Source of the DNA: Tubiluchus corallicola
Taxonomy: Eukaryota; Animalia; Priapulida
NCBI GenBank assembly: GCA_030141605.1
Contig: JAQGDQ010000596.1
Location: 62,001 to 126,000 of the forward strand
DNA length: 64,000 bases
Direction of reading: 5' to 3'
This document shows, piece after piece, positions 38,677 through 49,700 of this stretch. Position numbers and translations under genes: made by a program. The first letter of the stretch is position 1. Each line of letters opens with the position of its first letter. The notes beneath the pieces are model-generated. The model was not told the origin of the DNA and ran no database searches. It worked only from the letters and a program-made list of their open reading frames with translations.

Positions 38677-39195
38677 AAATCCAATGCGTTTCTGAAATGC
38701 AGGCACTAGCGCCCGTCTAACTAGCAAATAGTGAAATGTAGCGAAAAACTAGTGACGAAAATGTGAGACTGTGTGGTAATAATTCTTTCACGTAAGTCAT
38801 TATTGAAAAAACAGTACATTTCCTTTCAATATTTTAAAGAGTAGATTGTTTTGACCTACTGTTTAAAATTGGGTTCGTTTTTGCTTTAAGTTACAATCTT
38901 TCTGAAAAAGGCCAGAAGACGTCTCACAGACACAGAATCACCCCCCCCCCAGCTGGCTGGACTCCTGATTTCGGTTCGTGACGAGATGGCAACCCTAGAT
39001 TAGTCATTACATTTATTGACGACTGTAGTTATTATTAGTCACTGGTCAAATAGGTCAAATATAATCACGAAGGTAAGATTTCTTTTTGCAAAAAATGGAT
39101 TAACCAAAAAAGTATCTCGTGCCAAGCCCTTCTGACCTCAATCAGATTTTCATGCTTTCGCAAAACTCTGTAAACGATGCGTAAGATTTACTAAC

Positions 39196-39255
39196 CTTAA
39201 GGAGGAATGCAGCTCCGCATACGGGGACGCACGTTCCGGGACCGTTGCACAATAC
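39196..39255 (-). CDS. ALG14: ALG14 coding exon 4
   Basis: VLCNGPGTCVPVCGAAFLLK (ALG14 signature NGPGTCVP); TTGCAG acceptor, GTTAGT donor, phase 0/0. Confidence 0.93.
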
Positions 39256-39405
39256 CTGCAATGATAATTAACCACTAAAATGTTATTACAGGTAGAACTA
39301 ACCACGACAATCATATGTAAACATTTGCTATTAGCTGAACACCAGATCAGACAGACATCAGTACCGTTGAGTAAACTGTTTGCCCTCTTTTCCCCTCTCC
39401 TTTAA

Positions 39406-40458
39406 AGGAAAACTGGATGATTGATTCCACTCAATCTCGTTTTATTTTACTGTCCAAAATATACATTTTCTTGCCTATAAAAGTTAGCAATTGTTTCTCA
39501 TATTTGAATAATTACCTTGGAAAGAGAATTAACAGCAACCGAACACAGCAGGGGTGTGCAAATTGCGGCCGTGGGCTACTTGTGGCCCGCCGAGAAATTT
39601 TGTGCGGCCCGCAAGGAGATTTGTCAACCTAATGAAAGTGCAGCCCGGGTGATTAATTGAGTGTATCCAGCTGAAGTCTGTGCCACGATCCCAAAGATAG
39701 TGCGGGTAGTTTTTTCTACTAGATCGGATGCCATTAACCCTTACAAGGCGGTTGTAGCTTAATGTCACTGTACTACTCAGACAGTGTGATACACATTACT
39801 AATATGCATTGTAATGAAATTACCACTATCTGTACTGAAAGTAGAAATATATGGTTTTTAATATAAATTTTAATACTTCTAAAATAGTTTCTTGAGTGTA
39901 GTAGTAAATGATGTACGCAGGTTGGATGCAAAAAAATCGTTATTAGGCCTTTCTGTACTTGGCTCCTTGATCAAACTGCCTGTGGCCTGCAGGAATTGCG
40001 GGAAAGTTTAATGTGGCCCGGCTAGTCAGATAATTTGCACACCCCTGGAATATAGCTATCACTTACGTCGCAAACTAATCACAATTTGTGCAATGATATG
40101 CATCTTCCTTGCACATCAAGCATGTTTGCGTAAGCGAAGATTGCTATAAGACGCTGAAATGATGTCACAAAAATGAGCTCTACATCACACTGATGTCACA
40201 GACAAACACTGCAGTTCATGATCATGCTTATCACAGTATGGCACTATTTGTCGGCCACGCGAATGTGACAAAAAAGCGCCAATGCCAGCCTTAGTGGATT
40301 CACCAAGCCGAGCGTGGCTTTGAAAGTTTAACAAAATTAAACTATCCGAGTTAATTATTATTTAATTTAAGCTTTGATTGAAAAAGCTGTTATTGTTTTC
40401 AATATTTTCAAGCATACTTTATTCTGAACTTATGTTTACACAATCATCCAGTTTTCCT
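39406..40458. mobile_element. Kolobok-like MITE with TTAA TSD, containing a nested hAT MITE
   Basis: Perfect 18-bp TIR AGGAAAACTGGATGATTG / CAATCATCCAGTTTTCCT flanked by TTAA on both sides. Confidence 0.85.
39549..40047. mobile_element. hAT (Charlie-like) MITE nested in the Kolobok-like element
   Basis: Perfect 16-bp TIR CAGGGGTGTGCAAATT; 8-bp TSD GAACACAG/GAATATAG; GGCCCG subterminal motifs. Confidence 0.88.
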
Positions 40459-40786
40459 TTAATTTGTTCTTGAGTACGATACCAAATTGCTCGCGCCCCA
40501 ACTTTGCTGTTATTCACATCAAAACTGCAAAAAGCTTTTTCTCTCTTAGAAATAAATTCTTAGAAACTTTGAAAGAGATAGGAAGATCAACCTCTTGTCT
40601 TGTATAGTTACAGTAAGTTCAATTCAATGTTTGTGTGTTTGCTGATTTCAAATGTTCAACAAATGCGTTCAATAACTAACAGATGAATTCAGTAAACTTG
40701 TAGTGAAACGAATGAACGCCCAGAGAGCAATGATACAAAAACCAGAACGCCCATGAAAAAGATGAAAGAACACGAACATTATTTAC

Positions 40787-40915
40787 CAGTTCAGGTCTGT
40801 GCCTGAAGACAACAGGTATGGAATACAAGCAAGCATAAATAGTAGAAATGATTGAGGAGATCCATGACTGATTCACTTTCCTGCTTCTGGGTATGGCCAC
40901 CACCTTACTGTCATG
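40787..40915 (-). CDS. ALG14: ALG14 coding exon 3
   Basis: HDSKVVAIPRSRKVNQSWISSIISTIYACLYSIPVVFRHRPEL; TTTTGCAG acceptor, GTAAAT donor, phase 0/0. Confidence 0.92.
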
Positions 40916-41523
40916 CTGCAAAACAAAGTTTTGAAGTTCTAGAAAAAAGTGATAACATATACTCATATCTCGATTTGCCGGCGAAAGCGGAGAGACGTCA
41001 GTCAGAATTTGCCAATTGTCCATATTTACCGAAACTAAGCTAATACTGCAAGTGCCATGTATTACAGGTAATGTAGATTCAATCACCTAATTGTCTCAAA
41101 AACATCTAATACAGGCCACTCCTGATATACAAGCTACACGTGTCGTTATATGCTGCTTGGTTGCACTGATGTAATGATGTAAACAAAGTGATGGCCCACC
41201 AACTAGCGGTCAGCTTGCGAAACAATAGATTGTGTCTGTACTTTCAACGGTCCAGGTTTTGTTCGATTTTTCCGATGTCCATCAAAGCGAGGTCCGGCAA
41301 ACCCGAGATATGAGTGTATATATTTAGCTATGAACTTATAATAAGGGCATTCATTTAGGTTAAGCAGTGTATTGTCCATTGTATGTTTGTGGATAAGCCG
41401 TATTACAAAATATCCTTATATAATTACATATTATACTAGCTATCTATCATAACACTTAAACATACTGTATGACCCTCATATGATTTTAAAAATTCATAAG
41501 CAGTGTTGCCAATCCATAAGTAA

Positions 41524-41690
41524 ATGTAAAGAGAGAGTTAATCATAACACAGTTTATATTAACGATGCGATTAATTCTAGAATTCTACCTGATTAATTTT
41601 ACGTGACCCGATGAAGGAAGCAGTGGTTTCCCGAAAGTCGTTATCGTTAATAAACTTCGCTGTGATTAACTTACCTCTCTGCTTTTACAT
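41524..41690. mobile_element. Penelope-like inverted pseudo-LTR remnant with a degenerate hammerhead core
   Basis: Imperfect inverted arms 41524-41566 and 41643-41690 enclose CCGATGA-A-GGAAGC-AGTG-GTTTCC-C-GAAA-GTC (41608-41639), followed by AATAAA. Confidence 0.5.
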
Positions 41691-42238
41691 AATAAGCCTG
41701 TTCACAGTTCCAGTGATTGATGAGGTAAAAAGTTAAACCAGACAAAGCTATTTGCAGCCCAAGCTATTGTAATAGTAACAGTTTAAACAGCTAGCAAGGA
41801 CCTTACCTAGTTCATTATTTGTTCTCAAGTAAGATCCTGCTAGCAAATCACTCTACGCACAGACTTAACGCATAATTAAATAAAGTCCACGTAAAACAAC
41901 TGATATTACTGAATTGATGCAGCAGACGGATTTGCTTTACCCACATGTCATGTGACAGTTGTAGTTAAGACGTGCTGCTGTGGTGCACTTAACCTTTGAC
42001 CTGCAGCAGTTGGGCGTGCAAAACTGTGAGAAAGCTTATTGCTTTTATTTGCTCTTTCTTCCAGTTTTCCACAGTCAAGTGACACGAGGTGTGCGACTGG
42101 CTAGATAGACCATGTTGATGAATCACCAAATCTGTCCTAAAAATACTAACGAACTGCCACTATAACAACACAAACTTACAAAAACGGAAAACGTCATTGC
42201 ACAAATAAGTTACAGACGAATAAAACGAAAGTTTTTAC

Positions 42239-42372
42239 CTTTCCAAAGTCTTCCATGCTCGCCTTGAGTTTATCTTTGCTTAAATTATCAGTCTCGGCTA
42301 CTATGAATATCCTAGGAGTATACATTTTACCAAGTACTGCAACCAAGCGCATCATTTCCATACTGTGTCCAC
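42239..42372 (-). CDS. ALG14: ALG14 coding exon 2
   Basis: (G)GHSMEMMRLVAVLGKMYTPRIFIVAETDNLSKDKLKASMEDFGK completes the GSGGH motif; phase 1/0. Confidence 0.92.
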
Positions 42373-42804
42373 CTATATAAAAAAGTATTAGTCTTAGAAT
42401 CTTGAACTTTTTCTGGCCTCTCTTTCAACTGCACGTTCTAATCTCACAAGCAAGTAGTAAGACTTTTTAATATTCTTAGTATTTTGCGCATTCTCAATTG
42501 CACATAAGATGTTCAGTAAATTACTTCACATCAGCAATACTATTGATGAGAAAAGTTCATTATTATTAATCTTATAATAGTCGCATACTGCAAATTAATA
42601 ATTTCAGTATCAATACTCATACTATCATGTCCCAGAGTGCAAACATTGCACAATTATTAAAAAATAACACGTTTGTATACCTTAACCAGAACATTAGCAG
42701 CTGAATTTAATATACTGCAATATTTGAGATACATGCTGTTTTTATATTAAATTTTTTGCTACCGATACAGTCTCACCAAACTTTGTAAATCTATCTGATT
42801 TTAC

Positions 42805-42958
42805 CTGAGCCCATGACGATCATTGCTTTCGTACAAGTCTTCCTCTTAAATTTGCTGGTCGTAGAAGGACTTCTGCGAAGAATTGCCATCAAGTATGCTA
42901 TCCTTAAGCACAACAAAAACTGAAGTCCAGCAAAACCTAACAAGCAGGTGCCAAGCAT
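42805..42958 (-). CDS. ALG14: ALG14 coding exon 1
   Basis: ATG at 42958, hydrophobic N-terminal segment, AMIVMGS-G then GTAAAA donor; the five exons total 648 nt = 215 aa plus stop. Confidence 0.88.
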
Positions 42959-44205
42959 TGTGAGAATCTCAAGCTGATGGCTTTTCCATAACGTCAATCA
43001 CCCAGAACAGTGGAACTTGCACAAACACATTTATGTCTTCCAGACATTAGTCGTTACGAATTAGTCTAGTTTTGTACATTAACGAAGCGCCATTATCTCC
43101 ACCAGAAGTCATGCAAGAGGCACAGAAGTCTGAAGAAATTGGCAAAAAAGTTCTACAAATCAGTAAGCAAGACTCGAGAGGCAGTATAGTATTTCAGTTT
43201 CTTGTAATTAAAATTCCTCCTACATGTGATACTAAAATAGTAGGCCTGTCCATCTATCCGTTAGGTACCTAAATCCCATTTATATCAGGGGTAGTGACAA
43301 CGAGTTGTTTCACTACTAGGATGCTAGTTTGAATTTGCTAAAATGCAAACATAAAATATATACTTTCACACAAACATGTATCGAAATTATTAGCTGCAGA
43401 CTGTGTCCAAATCATAAAGCTGCAGTATAACTAATTATACTGTAGTGTTACCATCATAAATTCATCAAGCGTTCATTATCTCGTTTTTGTATTATAGTTT
43501 ATTTGGCAGGCACAATTCATAAATGAAAGAAAACAGCAAAACAACTAAACGCTGCCATGCTGGTAATTCATAGCTTTGCTGTTGCTATGTGAACTCCAAA
43601 ACTGGCGACGCATCAATTTGATGTTTGTGTAGAAACACCTTCAAAACGCACCCGCTACAGTGAATGTTTTAAGTTCTACGAAGTAGCAAAATTCGTGATA
43701 CTACCAGAGAGTATCACCAATAAATGATTAACAAAAATGAGTTAATTTACTCAGAGTTCAGTTCACCACAGTAAGTGTATAATTAAGAATGATTACAAAC
43801 TGTACAGTAGCAAACTTTGATGACCAATAATTGTTATTTTGCAACCCTTTCTACTGCAACCACTGACACTTTTTGATGTATACTTTTATTGCAATTGTTA
43901 ATTAACTATAGAACTTTTTGTGTATCTTGTGATTCCGGCGTTAATTAGGAGGTAAATAAAAATGTTTATGTCTATGTAAAACGTCTAACCACCACATTAA
44001 AGAAATACTAAAATAACTCGAACAAGCTTTAAAAATAACTAGGTAATTTATCCAATTAATTTCAAAAACCAATTAATTTCAGAATACAAACTTCGTTGAA
44101 TAGGGTAATCCAACAAAAAGCTGAATGAAGAGCACTTATGTGAGAATTATTCTCGCGTAACATCTGTATTATAATACCAAAATTAAAAAGACAAAATAAA
44201 GATTA

Positions 44206-44254
44206 TACTACTACTGCTGCTAGTACTACTACTACTACTACTACTACAACTACA

Positions 44255-44319
<65 letters not shown>

Positions 44320-44328
44320 AACTACTAG
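44206..44328. repeat. (CTA)n microsatellite
   Basis: Direct inspection. Confidence 0.95.
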
Positions 44329-44653
44329 CTGCATTCTCACGTCACACAAGTCTCAGTGTAAGCTAGATTTCGAACTGCTTGGGTCATTGGCTTTACTAGT
44401 AATCTACTTGTAGAAGGTCCGATGCTGAACCTAACTTCTTTATTTCATTGGTTCAGTGACACAACTTGGACCCATGCTGATTGTCAAAAATTGTAGCAGT
44501 TGCATATGTAGCCAGGCTAAGTATTTCAACTTGAGGTTATCCAAATTTGAAGCATGGAAAGCATTACTTTCAAATTATATTGTATTATAAGTGATTAAAG
44601 TTTTTTAACCCCAAACGTTGCAGGTCTCTGAACACAAACCAGCTCTTGTTCGG

Positions 44654-44980
44654 CAGAGGTGAGCATCGAGCAAGTTTTTCAATTCCAATTTGATTTGAAC
44701 GTAACACTGTTGATTTGAATAATTCAGCACTTCAATCACATACATTTTTTATCATTAAAACGATTGAAACATCATTCAAATAGCATAATTTAGCTGTTAT
44801 TTTTGTGCACAATTTTAAACAAATTACTAGTGGTTTTAATGCAGAACAAATCTTTGTAAGACTAATTTTTACTGGTGGTTTGAAAATCTTCAATCTCAAT
44901 TCGAAATACTGACGTTCAGTTCGAATTCGAAAGTCACAAATTCGATTAGAATTCGCTTTCTCGTGGAGAGTGCTCACCCC
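44654..44980. mobile_element. Probable hAT-like MITE remnant
   Basis: GGTGAGCA...TGCTCACC inverted ends with repeated ATTCGA subterminal motifs; TSD not clear. Confidence 0.4.
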
Positions 44981-46744
44981 CCCCCCCCCCACTGATCACC
45001 AACACTGCCCCCTTTTTAAGCAAAGGATATTATTGTTATTTTTATTATATCCTGACACTATCAATGAAATTATCAAAATACGCTAAGAGATGCTAATGCA
45101 GTCAAATCTCTTTATACAACCTACTCTGGAACTGCAAAAATTGGCGCTAAATAAGTTTGGCAAAAGAACGAGATGCATAAGTACATGTCTACTGTATATG
45201 CAATAATGCCATTTTGTTTTGTTAAAAATATTTCCCAAAGAGAAATTAACGTGTAGTTCCACCAATCTTGTGAACATGTTCATTGTCACAAAAAATAAAT
45301 AAACAACGTATTTTTACCTTTTATCACATCGTTTTTGTAATGTATTTGTAACACATTAGGTTTTGTCAATGCGCCTAATTATAAGTACTCAAATGACTTC
45401 AAAAATAATTATTTGAAATTACATACATTGAAAAACATCACAAAAAAAATCTTCAATTTAATGGCAATAACAAATGTTACATTATTTACTACAAGAGGGA
45501 ACACAATCATAATAGTTTAATTGCCTACATTTATGAACTGCAATTTACAAGTTATAATTGCATGTTTTGCAATTGACATTAATAATATACTTGACATTCT
45601 TGTAGAACAAACCAACTTGTGCAAACGTCAAAATTACTTAATAACACGGAGCCCAACAGATGGCTGATTCGGAGCAATTTTTCTTCACCACATTCTGAAC
45701 ACTACTTTGAAAGTATCAGACATTAATCCCACAATGTCGCCAACAAGAAATACAAATTACAAACATCATAATTTGGTTTTGTTCGTTAACAACCATACAA
45801 CAGTGGCACGATCATGGTCAACAAAAATTTACTAAGTAGAGACAAACACCAATCACTGAGCATATGAGAATGTACAATAAAAAGTAACAAAATGCAGAAC
45901 AATAAGAGCTATCTTCGAGTGAAAAAGAGGAGAAAAGGACAAACATAAAAAATCACTGTTCTGTAATTAATTGGTGCCTGTATTACAAGATTAAAAAAAT
46001 TGCACTGAAGTTTCTTTTGTATATTTTCCATCTTTTTCCCTTTGTTTATTGTATGAATTTTTATTTGCTTTCCCATTCTTGGCATTCAGAATTATTCCCG
46101 AGTACAACAAGGGATCCAAGATGGCACATAAGAATTTTCAGACACTTGAGCATAACAAACTTATCTGTTACAAGCAAGTACTGCTGAGATTGCATATCCC
46201 AAAGATACACTATGATCTTATATAAACAGAAATAGCAGATTCTCACTAGTATATGAAATCAACATTACAAGCTGATAGCTTTCAAATTTTTTAGAGTACA
46301 GAATTATAATACTGTTATTACAATAGCAATTTGTGATTATTTGGCGTCAACAACCCAGAATATATCACCTCTCCAAATAAATACACGTAACTCAAATGTA
46401 TAATGCTCTCTACAGAATCCACTGTTTACATATTTACATAAATAAAATGATGGAAAACTTTTGAAGATCATCATTCATCAAAAAATGGAGCCACAGTTAA
46501 ATAAACACATTGTATAAAGTACCAAAAAATAAACAACACAAATTACAGTTCATAATCAAGTAATTACAGAACATAATCAAAAACATTGCTATAAGCCAGC
46601 CATTACTTAAAACTAAAACGGAAAATTTCATAACTAAAAATGTTCTGCTACAATTAGTGCATAAGACTGTTTTTAATAGGTAGGTATGCAACAATTTGAA
46701 ACAGCAAGTCCCGACAGAAACCAGGACACTGCAACAAGAAAGCT

Positions 46745-49700
46745 TTAATTTTCATCGTACAATGGCGTTGCATCGCCAGAAGGTGAACGACCAAAGAAAT
46801 CTCTCCGCATTCCAGGACTTGGACGAGGAGAAGGGCGCACAGAAGGCTTCGGCGAGGGTCGAGGGGAAGGTCTCGGAGAGTATCGTGGAGAAGCACGAGG
46901 TGTTGTGCGCACATCTGGATCCTTTTGCTTTGCCCACTGTGCTGCAGCTCTGCCCCAGTCAACTGCAGCATTCACACCCGATGAAGGTTTTAAACGTTGT
47001 TGTCCTGGAGCAGCATGAGATGCCACACCAGGTCGTTGCCTTGGAGTCGCTGGAACAGCCCAGTTTGTCTGAGGGGTTGGTTGGTAACGAGGAGTAATAA
47101 CATTGGGTGTCCGTGTAGCGGCATGGTAAGACGGAGTCATCATTGGAGTGGCTGCAGCAACGGGAGTAGCAAAAGGTTGTTGCTGAACACTATATCCACC
47201 CACCATAGGGGTATTACCAGCTACGGCTGCAAGGGTGTTATACATTTGTACCGGGAGAGAGTTAACAGCTCGCTGTATTGTGGAGACATCTAGACCACCT
47301 AGATTAGGAGTGCGGCCACCTACTGCTGGCGTACCAACAACTGGATCCCTGAAATGTTCCTTAAACCACTTAATTAAGGAATTCAGATGATGGAAGAGTT
47401 TGCCACGGTATCTGTAACCCTCTGGCGTTACCGACACATACTCATGATGAGCTTTCAACCTTGGCTGATACGAAAGCAAACACTTGCCAGGGTAGTCTTT
47501 GCTAAGACTTAAGTAATAGGGAATAGACGAAGGAGCTTTCGACTTTTTCTCTTTCAGCAGCAAATCTAGGATTTCTTTCTTACCTCCTTCAGCCGGTACA
47601 TAGTACTTGTAATTTATTATATCGCGACAAAAGGCAGCCATGGGTTGAATATGTCTAGCAATTATTTCATCCAAGTCTTCAAACTCTTCATTATTTATAA
47701 TCAAACTTTGACCTAAGCTAAAAGCATTCTCCTTTCCCTCTTCCCTTACATCTATGTGTTGATATATGCCATCGTCAACTTTCCAAGTTACAGTAAGATG
47801 GTTGGAGCCCTTGCTGCTAGGCCTAATTATAACATCTCCTTGATCCATTGTTCCCATTAACTTCTCAGCCTCCTTGTAGCTGATATTGTGGAATGACGGA
47901 TGAACAATCACTCTTTTCACGTACGTTTGTCTCTGCTGTCTTTTTCTTACCTCCTCTTCTTTTGCAATATCTGTCTCTTCTGTATCTGTGTCATAAAAGA
48001 TATCTTTTGACGGCTTAAACTGGTTAGTGGAATCAAGCAAGTCGGAAGAACGTGACGTTAGCTCGACAGTAAATCTTTCAATGTCTATTTTAGTGATGCG
48101 AGCATGCATTGTCATTCCCATTTGAACTCTGTCTTCCGGTTTTTCCACATGATTGTCGCTAAGAGATCGAATGGGAATAAAACCCATAACTCCGTTATCA
48201 AGCCTCGTTCGCACCCCAGTTGCAGTACCCGGACAACTTTCGGAGTCAAAATGTGTCCAAACCAAACTGAGATCAAAAAAATCACTTCTTAGACAGAAAG
48301 GACATTGCCACTGGCCATCTTCATTTTTCTTAGGATTTGCATTGTCCAACAGATCACCCTGGGGCCGTTTCCTAGTGATTCCAATCACTCTACACAAAAC
48401 TAATTTACCAATAAAGAATGTTTTTGGCGTTTCCTTTGTGAGCATATTGAACTGCTCTTCAGCAGTAGGTGGCCTGTAAGGTGCTCGCAAATCCTTATAC
48501 CTGTGATTCAGCTCAGCGCGAATATCATACAATGTGATGGCTTTATTACCATAGCCCTGTCTTTCCAGTTCCTCAGCAAATGCATCTAAATCAAGATCCT
48601 TCAACCTATCTGGGCTTTCAAGAATTTCTTCTAAAGCAGCAGCAGGATTGGCATCTTCAACGGTATCATCATATTCCAATGCATCAACTGCCATTTTCCT
48701 AGCCCACTCGTATGTCTCAGGATGTACTCTGCTGCCATCTAGCACTTCAACGTATGCCTCTGTACTGTCACCAAGCGAATTTGTGTCAATCTTAATAAAA
48801 CCTGAAGTGTTGATGAAAAGCTTTGGACCCATGTGGCACACAGTTACAAGTTGCGTCCTATTTTCCAATCGGCCATTATTTTGTTTGAGAGTTTTAATCA
48901 AACCAGCTGCTTTTCGAGGACCAAGGCCACAAACAAACTGAAGCAAATTCGTTGTGTGAGAATGTGCCAAGCATCTGTTAATATCTACACCAACTTCATT
49001 CGTCCTATTAATAAATTCCAGCTGAAGTGCGTTCAGTAAATCCTCTTTATTTATGTGATCTTGTAAAGGATGGTATCGCAAGAATAAGATTTCTTCTTCA
49101 GGTGTACATAATTGAGAAAATTCTATGAGTGGATCTTGAATTCTTCTTGCAAGTGAAATGGCTTCCCGAAGCAACGGCGGATAATCTCGGAATGAGGCTT
49201 CAGCTTGTTTCGTAGTAGAATAAACCTGTGACAGTTCACAGTCAACTAGTTCGACAGGTATGGGGACAATCTCATTCTCGGCCTCCAATTCATTTACAAT
49301 AGTTTTGACATCTTTCACGATCATCTGCGCATCTCGATTAGCGCCACCAACAACAATCACGTGAGGTTTTTTATTGACAATAAATTTTTTCAACGTACCT
49401 AAATCACCTTCTTTGTTGTTACGCTGCTCTTCTTTGAACGCATTGCGCCGAACAAGTAAGTGGCAGCTTCGAAGAAAATCTTGCATTATGCCATCGCCAT
49501 CAACAAAGGCGGCAAACACAGCCGAATCCGTATCAGGAGTAAAGGCTATTGCTATTACCCGTAATCCATGCGAAGGATCATAATCGTCATCATCGTAATC
49601 TTGCAGTTGTTGTTCAGCTTGATAGGGCGCTATTTTTAGCCAGTTATACAGCTTTCGACTAGCAGCCTTAACAATTCCATCCTTCGCCTCCTGCAGCAAC

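Noticed and set aside
40676-41086. 136-aa ORF as a standalone gene
   Set aside because: Only 40787-40915 is ALG14 exon 3; the flanks are open intron sequence.
42959-42997. TTG-initiated extension of ALG14 exon 1
   Set aside because: The first in-frame ATG at 42958 gives a typical ALG14 length.
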